Source: a virus (taxonomy: Duplodnaviria; Caudoviricetes). From it: a stretch of 51,356 bases of DNA. The stretch lies in IMG/VR virus record IMGVR_UViG_3300046060_000001, positions 1-51,356 of that record; one strand, given 5' to 3'. The position numbers were made by a program, and so were the translations under genes. The notes beneath the pieces are model-generated. The model did no database searches, was not told the DNA's origin, and was given only the letters and a program-made list of their open reading frames with translations. Positions 1 through 9,337 of the stretch are shown here, piece by piece. The stretch's first letter is position 1, and every line of letters starts with the position of its first letter.

Positions 1-1246
1 ACCAGCTAAGCGCCTCTGAAGCTGTTGATGCCTCTTCTACCTCTTCCTCTGCCGAACCATCAGCGGATGCTGTATCTATGTTTTCTCCCTCTATAACTTC
101 GAGTTCATCATCGGTCAAACCATAGTAGGCACCGAGCCTTTCTTTCTTACTTTTCGGTAGATCCTTCAGAATAGGAATGACGAACCTATTGAACTCTCGG
201 AATGAGAAAAACATCTCTGGATACCCGGAATCGTATCCAGTCATCTTTCTGAAGAAACTTCCCTTATCCCCTCCCTTGTCGGGGTTGAGTCTATCCCGGT
301 ACCACCAAGTTGGTGGTTCGTTTTTGACGAAGCCAGTATAGGCGTCAGTAATCCTAACATCAGCCACTTGTTCGACGAGCCATCCGGAATATCTCCAGAA
401 CCTATAGTCAGACCCACTCTCCCTAACTCTCTTATTGAACATGTCTGCCCGGGACAGGCAATCGTAGGCGGTTGCGAGTTCCGTCCCTCTAAACCTCCCT
501 CTAAGATTCTGGTCCAACCATGGAATCATGTCTGGAGGCGTCTCGCTCGTTCGAGTTCTCTTACCCTGTAGTATCGAATCGAGTTCTCCGAATAAGTCCC
601 CTTCGTATTCCCTATCCTCCCAATTGGGGATATCTTCCTCCTCAGCAAATATCTGTAGGTCCTGGATTGCATCACGAAGGTTCTCACGTTCTGCGAGCAT
701 TTGAATCCGTGGCTCGCTAAGGCCGAGATTCTCTTCCTCGTTTATCTGCCGGAGTTTAGCCCTACGGCTATCGATTCGGAGGTTAAATTCGTGGATTTCG
801 CAAGCATCCCTGATTTTCTTAGGGATATCATCCTCGACGTTCGCCATCATGATAACGGGATTCTTGGGATTTTCCAACTGTCCAACTAGTGGACTCATGT
901 TGGCTCTTCCCGAGATATTATCAACCTCGTCCATGATTATCAGTTGATGGCCACCGGTTACCGGCTTAGACCGCATTTCTTCTGCTAGTTCTCGAAGGTC
1001 AGACGTAGTCCTCGAATTACTAACGTTAACCTCTAGTTTCGTCCACCCCATATCGTTGGCGAGTGCATATGCAGTAGACGTCTTACCTACTCCAGGGTCT
1101 CCTATTAACATTTGAGGGGAATCTCCAACTTCGAACTCCTTAGCCCATGACTCGATGTCATTAATCGATGAATTATGGCCCTGGACTGAACTCAAAGTCC
1201 GAGGTCTGTGTAATTCTGCGTAAGGTTGATTTTCTTTGTCCACCAT
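1..1246 (-). CDS. rfcL: Replication factor C large subunit (clamp loader); runs off the left edge
   Basis: Not in the ORF track. Manual translation from ATG 1246: MVDKENQPYAELHRPRTL...LIGDPGVGKTSTAYALA (Walker A)...LIIMDEVD (Walker B)...PVIMMAN...PPDMIPWLDQN; ends ...ASEALSW at position 2, stop probably just outside the window. Confidence 0.9.
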   Translation of the reverse strand, partial: MVDKENQPYAELHRPRTLSSVQGHNSSINDIESWAKEFEVGDSPQMLIGDPGVGKTSTAYALANDMGWTKLEVNVSNSRTTSDLRELAEEMRSKPVTGGHQLIIMDEVDNISGRANMSPLVGQLENPKNPVIMMANVEDDIPKKIRDACEIHEFNLRIDSRRAKLRQINEEENLGLSEPRIQMLAERENLRDAIQDLQIFAEEEDIPNWEDREYEGDLFGELDSILQGKRTRTSETPPDMIPWLDQNLRGRFRGTELATAYDCLSRADMFNKRVRESGSDYRFWRYSGWLVEQVADVRITDAYTGFVKNEPPTWWYRDRLNPDKGGDKGSFFRKMTGYDSGYPEMFFSFREFNRFVIPILKDLPKSKKERLGAYYGLTDDELEVIEGENIDTASADGSAEEEVEEASTASEALSW

Positions 1247-1281
1247 ATTTATCTTTGGGTTTTGATTTATTTATATCTTTA

Positions 1282-2529
1282 TTACCAGCCATCAGTCGCC
1301 GATTTATGGTCTGGTGTCTCTATTATTTCATCATCACACCATCTACTAATAGCGTGACAGTAACGAAGCCATAGATACTTCGCCAATACTCCTCTAATCA
1401 CCGATGATTTCGTTCCCCTCATTGCTCCTACTCCATCTCCCCACTTCCCTTCTTTTGCGTGTGCGAAGATGGCCCTCTGCTCAAAGGTGGACAAGTCGAT
1501 GGAATCCACTATGCTCGGGTTCTTGTGAACCTCTTTGATGAACTCGATGTTCGCTCCCATGCCCAAACCGTGAACGTATTTGTCCCATCCAGCCTCATGA
1601 GTGAACCGTTTGAGGTTCTCTATTTGTTCCTTTGCTGGACGGTCCTTCATTCCCCCGAGTGCATACATTCTAAACCCACTGAGCTGTTTGTAGTGCCGAT
1701 CATGTGGCGGCTGTAGGGGAATGATCGGTTTGGCACGACACTCGTGGTTAGAATAGATTTTCCAGAATTGCTCTATGGATTCGGTAGTCTTCCTCCGAGC
1801 CTCCTTTCTCTTTGCTATGCTATCTGCCATGTAGTCCTTCGGGATTACGTAGTCGGCGTTGAGGTCGTGAGCGGTATCTAGGATTTCCTTGTTCGTGAAC
1901 TCGTCCTTTCCGATGCCACTATCTAAAATGTATTCGAAGCAATGCTCGTTGGGAGTCTGACTTGTCTCCCCGATACGCTGCATTTTCCAGGGCATGAACC
2001 TATTGCCCTTCCCGACCGTGAAGACCCTCGCATGACATCCGTAAGCCGTCATCATTTCCTGGACTATGTGTTCGGAGCTGCCATAGTTTACCTCTCTAAT
2101 AAGCCGTTTACATTCATCAATGAGCCATGCTTTTTTCTCCCCGATTCCCATGTGAGCCGGCATTGGATACTTGACCGAAACTGACAGATTGTCAAATATC
2201 GGTTTTAACGGTTCAGTATACGCCTTACCAGCCATAACCAACAGCTCTTTGACTGGATCCCAGTCTATAGCATCCATTTGCTCTTGGACTTTCTCCTTCC
2301 AAGCTTCTTCATCGAAGTCGGTATTCTTGATTGATTCATCGTAGGGACGGATTACCTCATCCTGTTGGAGGACTCCGTGTTTCCCGGAGATGACGTATTT
2401 CCTATCGGACATGATGTCAGCATAGAGTCTCATCTTACGGAAGTAGTCAGACTCCGTATACATATCCCATGCCCTACAAATTTGCTCCCTCTTACTATTC
2501 GTGCATTGGAGTAGTGCTGCTCTAAACAT
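1282..2529 (-). CDS. DUF6884-like domain fused to a tRNA-guanine transglycosylase/DpdA-like TIM barrel (putative DNA base-exchange enzyme)
   Basis: N-half CTNSK...DMYTESDYFRK...ISGKHG...PYD...AGKAY...GIGEKKAWL fits DUF6884. C-half ILDSGIG, IPKDY, IPLQ, ALGG, VHGLG, DSIDLST fits TGT-fold motifs. ATG 2529 overlaps the upstream TAA. Confidence 0.7.
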   Translation of the reverse strand: MFRAALLQCTNSKREQICRAWDMYTESDYFRKMRLYADIMSDRKYVISGKHGVLQQDEVIRPYDESIKNTDFDEEAWKEKVQEQMDAIDWDPVKELLVMAGKAYTEPLKPIFDNLSVSVKYPMPAHMGIGEKKAWLIDECKRLIREVNYGSSEHIVQEMMTAYGCHARVFTVGKGNRFMPWKMQRIGETSQTPNEHCFEYILDSGIGKDEFTNKEILDTAHDLNADYVIPKDYMADSIAKRKEARRKTTESIEQFWKIYSNHECRAKPIIPLQPPHDRHYKQLSGFRMYALGGMKDRPAKEQIENLKRFTHEAGWDKYVHGLGMGANIEFIKEVHKNPSIVDSIDLSTFEQRAIFAHAKEGKWGDGVGAMRGTKSSVIRGVLAKYLWLRYCHAISRWCDDEIIETPDHKSATDGW

Positions 2530-2732
2530 TACCATCCGCCCATGACTGTTTTTCCTCTAACTTCATTTTCATCTATTTCTTCCTCACTAAATGTCCGTTG
2601 ACAGTTCGAGCATATATACCGAGCATACCGGTTACTAACTTTGCGTCGTTGAACGTTTTCGAGTAGGTTCATGGACCTTCGTAGGAGATTCCCGTTTTGG
2701 CAAGCTTTGCATACCATATCAGTCTTATCCAT
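2529..2732 (-). CDS. Small Zn-ribbon protein
   Basis: CKAC...CSNC pairs; tightly packed between PolB and the TGT-like gene; ends TVMGGW. Confidence 0.7.
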   Translation of the reverse strand: MDKTDMVCKACQNGNLLRRSMNLLENVQRRKVSNRYARYICSNCQRTFSEEEIDENEVRGKTVMGGW

Positions 2733-2734
2733 GG

Positions 2735-5700
2735 TTACCAGCCATCTACGGCTGATAGGTCTTTGTTTCCACTAACTAGTTCTCCCCACGTCCATCGAAG
2801 TTCTTCGAGGGTATCTTCTATGGGGCTGTGGATCATCTTCTCGATGTGTTTTTGAGCATTTAGTTCGAAGCCCTCCGGGAGTTCTTGATCTGCCCAATCG
2901 ATTGCTAGAACATCCGTCTGGGGGTGACCAGGTGGAACACTCTCAATATAAACTATCCATGGTGAGTCTCCGGGCTCCCAGTTTTGGTCCAGATATTGAT
3001 TGCCGTATTCACACGCGCGTGGTGTCGGGCGCTCGGGATATTGCTCTAGCGGTTTGTTTATCGTTGAAGGCATACCAACTTCTTTGAGGTCAATCTCCTC
3101 GTCCTGGATCTTCTCAGTTTTACTTTTAATATATCCAGATAGTTCCTCGAAGTCAGCCCCTCTAAGAACCATGGACATGAAATTCTCTTGGACCTCTGCT
3201 GCTACTTCGGAAGTATCAGTCCTAACTGCGCTGAATCCAACTACGTCGATATCATCCGTTTTCTTTCCCTCCTTCCATACTATGTTTCCAGCGTATCTTT
3301 TCTTGGAGCCGAGTTGAATGAACCTACGGTAGACCTTCTCGAACTCGTATTTCCACAAGTGCTGGTCTGTGCCATGTAGAACCTGCGCGTACGGATGCTC
3401 CTCTGGAACGTTTAGAGGCTCTATGAAGTCGGATATCCTCGAATTGATTTCGTCTACGAGTTCGTGTCCATTTTCTAAGACCTCGTCTAGTTCAACGGTT
3501 TCCGGTTCTCGATCCCAATCTATCAAGGGGACAATGAGCGAGTCTGTGTTGTGAACAAATATTCCATCGGCGAGAAACGTTTCGGTGTCTTTGACTGACA
3601 AGTCATAGACATATTTCTCCTCAGAGTCCAGCTTTTCAACTGAGGTTACCGGAGTAACCTTCACAGTATCCCCTTGTACCTTCCGATCCGAATTTTGACG
3701 AACCGATGGTAACAGAGTTCCTCTCCTTAGGTACTGCGGTTTGACCATCTGTACTCCTTCCACTGACCACTTCAACATTGAATGGTCCTCTGTTACAGTC
3801 ACGGAATGGGAGTCGGAAGTTTCTACTCTGTAGAGTTGCTTATCAGTTTTGTGCTTGATAATCTGCTCGATGGACTTGAATACTTGACTTCCTTCCTCAT
3901 CCACGCTCAAAGTCTCCATATTGCCCTCGTCCGTTCGAACTTTCTCGTCCGAGTCTTGGTCAGGAGCTAATTCTCGAATCTCCGTAGTTCGAATACCAGA
4001 GCTATCTCTTACGACAACCTCTGTATCTCCAGTCACGCTATCTCCGTATTCCAACTCGTACCCCTCTTCCTCGATGATTCTAGTGCCAGCCCAGCTTATA
4101 TACCTACTTGTTCCAGTAATTGCTTCGCCAAGTCCCGGAGTTGAAAGTCGGAAGTAGGGGTTGTCAGCAACGCCGTAGAAGGTATTTTGCAGAATCTTAA
4201 CTGCCCTCTGTTTCATATCGAATGTGTCGTACTCCGATGTACCTGGTTCGTTTTCATCTCGGAGTTCTTTAAACCTTTCCCGTTCCCGGAACAGTAGTTT
4301 GAGGTACTTCGGAAGTATTCCCTCTTGCTCCAATGAAAAACCATAACTCTTTCCTTCTTCGAGTTTGAATCCGATGTCTTCCTCGGTAATTCGTGGCCCC
4401 GAGACGTCCTCATAGTTTAGAGGCATATCTGGTGTTATGATGTCTGCCTCCTCTGGGTCCGTCGTAAGTGTCTCTTTGCTAATATTGCATGTTATCATGG
4501 TGCTTGGGTAGAGAGACCGAAGATCGCACACGCCCTCCCAATCCTTAATCCCGTCACTTGGTGGAAGAACGAATCCTCCCCGAATATTGTCCACGTCTGT
4601 ATCTTTGGTCGTGGGTAGTATTTCCTCGTGTGTGCGATGCTTGAATAATACCCCCTCCACCATCTTCATAGGTGAACCAACGTCGTATATGGGAATCCCG
4701 CAAATATCAGACATTTGGAAGTAGAACTCGTGAATGCCATGCATATCATCCAAAGCCACGCATAGTTGAACGTCAACTATGTTGTACGCCATGAACTTAC
4801 TCCGGTTCACGTCGTACTCTGCCTGCTCTATCTTACCAACGCCGAGTTGGTCTGTCGATACGTAGTCGAGGGACTCAGATCTCCATTCGCCGTATGATAA
4901 ATCCCTACAGTAAGCAACCATCATATCCATAGCGGGGAGGCCTTTGATGGCCCTCTTTTTAGCCTTCATACTAACCTCTCCGAGTTCGGCCATTCGATTC
5001 ATCCCAACATCGAATTGAGCCATCCTATTTCGTAGATAGACTATGTCGAAGTCCACAGCATTCCATCCGGAGACGATATCTGGCTGTAGTTCGCAGACGT
5101 AGGTAATGAAATCCTCCAGTAATTCGGCCTCGTCGTGATACCTTCTAAATCCGATGTCTGCTTCAGCGTATTTCTCGGGGTCGATTTCTACATCCTCATC
5201 TTGCTCCCACTGATCCCGAAGTTCCTCTCTAACCTCCATGGGGTCGACGACGTTATCTCTGTCTAGAGCAAATAGCGTGTATTTTTCCTCGTAGGAGTCC
5301 CAAGCTGTAATAGCGGTAATCTCGTTTTCTGCCTCAGAAACGAATTCGTCGTCGAACGTATCTGGTACCCTAACCTCGATATCAGTTATGAGTATTCTCG
5401 GGTCGATCTCTTGGTCAGGCCTTTCGACGTCCTGTACATCTTCTATCTCTATTAAGTCCTCGTTTCTTGGAACTCGAATATACCCCGCTAATCCGTAGTC
5501 GGCAGAGCACCTCCGAACGAAAGGAACATCATCCTCGTATCTATCTTCCTTATCGAATGCGTCCCTGATTTTACTATCAGACCATTGATTACCGATTTGT
5601 CCAGGGTACTCAGTAACTATCTGCTTCAGGGGACGGTGGTCGTAGGACTCGAATTTGGCGTCCGCTCCCGGAGGACTATCCCTGACCTCTACAATTCGTG

Positions 5701-5899
5701 GGTCGTCGGGGATATCAGCATTTTCTGGCACGAACATATAGGGTTCAGTACCATACACCGTCTTGATTACCCGTTCCCCACTTTCGTTTCGTCCAGCAAC
5801 TTTAACTACTAAGTCGTGTTCGCTATCGTATACAACGTCCGTTACTAGGATGAGCATCTGGTCGTTTTTCGTTTGGGGATTTGTTTTTGCTAGCGACAT
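2735..5899 (-). CDS. polB: Family B DNA polymerase containing a mini-intein
   Basis: Exo motifs DIEV, GWNAVDFD, YNIVDV; polymerase motifs DLRSLYPS, KILQNTFYG, YGD|TDS, KKRY; likely start ATG 5899, just after the upstream stop. Confidence 0.97.
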   Translation of the reverse strand: MSLAKTNPQTKNDQMLILVTDVVYDSEHDLVVKVAGRNESGERVIKTVYGTEPYMFVPENADIPDDPRIVEVRDSPPGADAKFESYDHRPLKQIVTEYPGQIGNQWSDSKIRDAFDKEDRYEDDVPFVRRCSADYGLAGYIRVPRNEDLIEIEDVQDVERPDQEIDPRILITDIEVRVPDTFDDEFVSEAENEITAITAWDSYEEKYTLFALDRDNVVDPMEVREELRDQWEQDEDVEIDPEKYAEADIGFRRYHDEAELLEDFITYVCELQPDIVSGWNAVDFDIVYLRNRMAQFDVGMNRMAELGEVSMKAKKRAIKGLPAMDMMVAYCRDLSYGEWRSESLDYVSTDQLGVGKIEQAEYDVNRSKFMAYNIVDVQLCVALDDMHGIHEFYFQMSDICGIPIYDVGSPMKMVEGVLFKHRTHEEILPTTKDTDVDNIRGGFVLPPSDGIKDWEGVCDLRSLYPSTMITCNISKETLTTDPEEADIITPDMPLNYEDVSGPRITEEDIGFKLEEGKSYGFSLEQEGILPKYLKLLFRERERFKELRDENEPGTSEYDTFDMKQRAVKILQNTFYGVADNPYFRLSTPGLGEAITGTSRYISWAGTRIIEEEGYELEYGDSVTGDTEVVVRDSSGIRTTEIRELAPDQDSDEKVRTDEGNMETLSVDEEGSQVFKSIEQIIKHKTDKQLYRVETSDSHSVTVTEDHSMLKWSVEGVQMVKPQYLRRGTLLPSVRQNSDRKVQGDTVKVTPVTSVEKLDSEEKYVYDLSVKDTETFLADGIFVHNTDSLIVPLIDWDREPETVELDEVLENGHELVDEINSRISDFIEPLNVPEEHPYAQVLHGTDQHLWKYEFEKVYRRFIQLGSKKRYAGNIVWKEGKKTDDIDVVGFSAVRTDTSEVAAEVQENFMSMVLRGADFEELSGYIKSKTEKIQDEEIDLKEVGMPSTINKPLEQYPERPTPRACEYGNQYLDQNWEPGDSPWIVYIESVPPGHPQTDVLAIDWADQELPEGFELNAQKHIEKMIHSPIEDTLEELRWTWGELVSGNKDLSAVDGW
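3548..4039 (-). mobile_element. Mini-intein (164 aa, no homing endonuclease) in PolB motif C
   Basis: Splits YGD|TDS; begins SVTGDTEV, block B VTEDHS, block F VYDLSV, ends FLADGIFVHN followed by Thr. Confidence 0.93.
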
Positions 5900-5900
5900 C

Positions 5901-6677
5901 TTAGTAGTACCCGTTAAACTTCTCCCATGATTGCCCACCGATTCCCACCTTACTTGCAGGGCACCTCAGCTCGTGAGGGCACCACGTGCAATGACTTCCG
6001 GGTTTGTACTCGAAGCTGTTCTCTTTGATTGCCCTTCTGACCTTTTCTATCATGTCCATCATCTCTTGGTAGGCATTGCCCTTTTCGTCGTAGACCCTCT
6101 CCTTCCCCTCCTTGAGATAGATGAACCTGATTCTTTCGGGTGGTCTATCGAACATCTCTCTAAATCCCTCCCAATAGACCATGCCCTGCAAGATTTCTCC
6201 AAGACGATCATCGTCGTCCGGCATGTTCCCACTTTTCCAGTCCCAGACCTCGTGTCGAGTAGTAGCGTCCATGTATCCACGGAAGTGGACTCCATTGATA
6301 TACGTCTCGAACCGTTCCTCCGTACTCGTAAACTCTATATCCCCGAAGTCGGAGACGAAACGTGCTGCTACCTGTAGGGCCTTCATCCCTCGGTTGACCA
6401 TCTTCTGATCTATTTTTTCCTTTTCGGGGTTTGCATGGAAGTTCGACTTCATCAAGTGAGCTAATTCATTCTCCCCGAGTTCCCCAGCATCGTCCGTGTT
6501 CCTAATGACTTCCTCTATTGCGTCATGAATCATCGAGCCAACGATGGTGTACTTGTTTTCGGTGTCCGTGCCCTCTACGCCCTTGATAGTCCCGAATTCG
6601 AATTGTCCAGGGCATCCTTCGAAAGTCTTCAGGCTAGAGGCGCTCATTGGTGGAACCTCTATCTCTGTCTTCGTCAT
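5901..6677 (-). CDS. Cas4/RecB-like PD-(D/E)xK exonuclease with Fe-S cysteines
   Basis: SASSL..F..CP, GSMIHDAIE, GYMD...DWKSG, Q..Y, C-terminal CTWCPHELRCP. Confidence 0.85.
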   Translation of the reverse strand: MTKTEIEVPPMSASSLKTFEGCPGQFEFGTIKGVEGTDTENKYTIVGSMIHDAIEEVIRNTDDAGELGENELAHLMKSNFHANPEKEKIDQKMVNRGMKALQVAARFVSDFGDIEFTSTEERFETYINGVHFRGYMDATTRHEVWDWKSGNMPDDDDRLGEILQGMVYWEGFREMFDRPPERIRFIYLKEGKERVYDEKGNAYQEMMDMIEKVRRAIKENSFEYKPGSHCTWCPHELRCPASKVGIGGQSWEKFNGYY

Positions 6678-7690
6678 ATTGTCTCCTTACCAGCCGGTTT
6701 TGCCTCCTCCCTATACGTGTCTAGACTAACGTACCTTGCGAGTCTGAGATGAGCGATTAGCCAATGTAACTGTGTGTGGGGACTGGAACCATTGATTAGT
6801 CTCCATTCGCAGGTTCCAACTTTAGCTCCCATACTCGCCTTTGCGTCCTCTGGGATTGTATCGTTGTCTTCGATTGCTGAAAGGAGTGCCTCGCAGAGTT
6901 CCTGTGGAGCCACTCCGTGTTCGATTAACTCGTCCAGTTTTTCCATAGCGTATTCCGCGTCTCCTGCGACTGCCGAAGAAACTATGTCTTGGACCTCCGA
7001 TTCATTGACGCCCCTGACCATCACGTCCACGTAGTCCGTTTCGATTGTGTCATCGACTGTAGCTCCCTGAAGCATTTGGATTGACGCCCGTGCGTCTCCT
7101 CCAGCGGAGTCAGCGATGTACTCCAGTTGTTCTTCCTCGTATGAAACCCCTTCCCCTTCGCAGACCTCTGCTAGAAGACCTATGAGTTCCTCCTCTGGGA
7201 GTGGCTTCATCCTAAAAACGCTACATCGAGACTGAATTGGGTCTATGAGCTTGTTCGGATAATTACAGAGGAGAAAGAATCTCGTAATGTCTGCGTAGTC
7301 CTCCATGACCCTTCTCATCGCAGTTTGTGCGTCGTTTGTGAGTGCGTCGCTTTCGTCGAGGATAACGATTTTATAATCTTCATCCCCGACCATGGACATT
7401 TGGGCGAATTGGTCCTTGATCCTGTTTCGGACCGTATCGATGCCCCGTTCGTCAGAAGCGTTGAGCTGAAGAACGTAGTTCTTCCAGTCGTCCTGGCCGT
7501 ATTTTTCTTTGGCGAAAGCAACCGCCATCGCCGTCTTACCAATGCCCTGCTGTCCAGCCAACATGATATTGGGCATTGAGGGGTCATCCACCCAGTCCTT
7601 GAACCTATCGACGATTATCGGGTTTCCACGAATCTGGTCGAGGTTATCGGGCCTATATTTTTCGACCCATGCAACCTCGGCAGTATTCAT
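6674..7690 (-). CDS. rfcS: Replication factor C small subunit
   Basis: WVEKYRP, GQQGIGKT, LNASDERGID, ILDESD, SRC motifs; start ATG 7690. Confidence 0.95.
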   Translation of the reverse strand: MNTAEVAWVEKYRPDNLDQIRGNPIIVDRFKDWVDDPSMPNIMLAGQQGIGKTAMAVAFAKEKYGQDDWKNYVLQLNASDERGIDTVRNRIKDQFAQMSMVGDEDYKIVILDESDALTNDAQTAMRRVMEDYADITRFFLLCNYPNKLIDPIQSRCSVFRMKPLPEEELIGLLAEVCEGEGVSYEEEQLEYIADSAGGDARASIQMLQGATVDDTIETDYVDVMVRGVNESEVQDIVSSAVAGDAEYAMEKLDELIEHGVAPQELCEALLSAIEDNDTIPEDAKASMGAKVGTCEWRLINGSSPHTQLHWLIAHLRLARYVSLDTYREEAKPAGKETI

Positions 7691-7830
7691 GCATCGAACC
7701 CTCTCAAAGTTGCGCAGTCGGGACACAAGAGTAGTGATTCCCCGCTCTCCCCCGCGTATTCGTCCACTGATTCTTTATCCCCGCAGTCCTGACACTCCGC
7801 TGGATTCGTTCTGAACTGGCTATTACTCAT
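7687..7830 (-). CDS. 47-aa Zn-finger microprotein (not in ORF track)
   Basis: MSNSQFRTNPAECQDCGDKESVDEYAGESGESLLLCPDCATLRGFDA; ATGA overlaps with both neighbours. Confidence 0.75.
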   Translation of the reverse strand: MSNSQFRTNPAECQDCGDKESVDEYAGESGESLLLCPDCATLRGFDA

Positions 7831-8156
7831 TGTTGGGTTGTCTCTTTTTCGTCTAGGTCGATCTCGACTCCTTCCTTATCGTCGAAATCCGGTCCATCTT
7901 CGTTTTCCTTTTCGTCGCTATCAGCCTCGGTTGCCGAAATGAGGAAAACCTCAACCTCCTCTCCACCAGTAGGCAATGCAAATTCGAAGGGGTTATCCGA
8001 TTGCAAAGTTTTCTCTTGTACGTCTGCCTCTTCGACCTCGAAACCAGCATCCTCGATAGTTTCAACGAGTTTTGCCAGTTTTCTATATCTCTCAGAGTGG
8101 CCCATTAGTTCGTATTGATTTTTATATTTCGAGGTATTTAGGTACTGTGGTTTCAC
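7827..8156 (-). CDS. Acidic hypothetical protein
   Basis: Coupled ORF in the replication operon; start may be ATG 8105. Confidence 0.6.
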   Translation of the reverse strand: MKPQYLNTSKYKNQYELMGHSERYRKLAKLVETIEDAGFEVEEADVQEKTLQSDNPFEFALPTGGEEVEVFLISATEADSDEKENEDGPDFDDKEGVEIDLDEKETTQQ

Positions 8157-9334
8157 TAATACCAGCAGGTTCCCCCCTCATACTGATAGGTCTCGCATGT
8201 TCCCCTATTCTCTTCGTTGAAAACGCAAAACCCACGTTCTATCAAGTTAGCACAACTCATTTCTCTATATTTCTCATCCCATATCTGTTCCAAGTAGTAC
8301 ATCGTAGTATCGGAATCCCAATCTACCCAACGTAATCTCTCAAAGAGGTCGTGAACCTCTCGAGGCGAAAACCCTCGGTTGAACAACATTACAGCGCAGT
8401 TCATCCGAATTGGGTGTCGTGGATCCCTCTGCGTTATTCTTTCTACCATACACGGCATTTGTAAGAGCATTTCCAGCATGTCCGTTAGGTTCTCGTCCTC
8501 TATCTCTTTGAGATTTATTTCGTTGACCCCGAATTGTTCCTCCGGTTCCGACGTAGACCCTCCGTTGACTTCCGGGTAAATACGCATCTCCGGTCTGTCG
8601 TACTTAGGACTCTCTATTTTCCTCCCATCGAAAGATTCGGTCAATAAGTCCCGAATCGTGATTTCCTGCATCTCTTTGAGCGTCCAGGGGACAGTATACA
8701 AGTTGCAATGTTCGCCGTCCTCAGTCATACGTGCGCAGTTTGCTATGCGCATTAACCGTTTGCTGTCCCCTATCGGGACTTTATCCATACTGTGGAGGTC
8801 GAGTTCGTCCCTCCATTTGAGAGCCGTCGTACGGAGTTCTTGGCTTGGTTCGACTCTCGGTTTATAGAGCGTGTGTACGTGAAACCCCCAGCCCGTGAAA
8901 ATCCCTATCGTTGGAATTTGTCTGTCTTTCAAAAACTCAGCAAATCGTCTAACATCCGAAACTACATCTCCAAGTATCTGGTTTGCGAAGTCCCTGTCGT
9001 TTCTCATCCGTCGGATAGTTTGAGCGTCGTCTCCTTCTCCTATCCCCTCTACGTCCCCACTACATTCGTCGCATGTTGGATGATTCGACTTATAGACTTC
9101 TCCGCATTTGACGCATTTAAACTCGGGTCCATCGAAGTCTAAGGAGATTTTATCGACTATAGTCTTCCCCTCCTGTGCTATGTACCCTATCCTGGAATAC
9201 ATATTATTCTTCTCGTAATTACTTTCGAGGAACAACTCCATTCCATCCATGTCATAGACCATGAACTGCCTGGGCGATCCCACAAACCGCGGAAATTTTC
9301 CGAATAGTTCCCTGTTTGCTGTACCCAACCTCAT
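8156..9334 (-). CDS. Fused archaeo-eukaryotic primase (PriS catalytic domain + PriL-like C-terminal domain) with Zn-ribbon insert
   Basis: AEP motifs SLDFD, TGWGFHVH, DSKRLMRI; C-terminal PCM...H..R...YREMSC..L...GFC...C resembles the PriL Fe-S domain. Confidence 0.8.
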   Translation of the reverse strand: MRLGTANRELFGKFPRFVGSPRQFMVYDMDGMELFLESNYEKNNMYSRIGYIAQEGKTIVDKISLDFDGPEFKCVKCGEVYKSNHPTCDECSGDVEGIGEGDDAQTIRRMRNDRDFANQILGDVVSDVRRFAEFLKDRQIPTIGIFTGWGFHVHTLYKPRVEPSQELRTTALKWRDELDLHSMDKVPIGDSKRLMRIANCARMTEDGEHCNLYTVPWTLKEMQEITIRDLLTESFDGRKIESPKYDRPEMRIYPEVNGGSTSEPEEQFGVNEINLKEIEDENLTDMLEMLLQMPCMVERITQRDPRHPIRMNCAVMLFNRGFSPREVHDLFERLRWVDWDSDTTMYYLEQIWDEKYREMSCANLIERGFCVFNEENRGTCETYQYEGGTCWY

Positions 9335-9337
9335 GAC

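Noticed and set aside
5901-6677. CRISPR-Cas locus suggested by the Cas4-like gene
   Set aside because: No cas1, cas2 or array; solo Cas4-like nucleases are common in viral replication modules
7740-7760. Apparent frameshift in the 47-aa Zn-finger ORF at G runs
   Set aside because: Recounting the bases gives an intact reading frame
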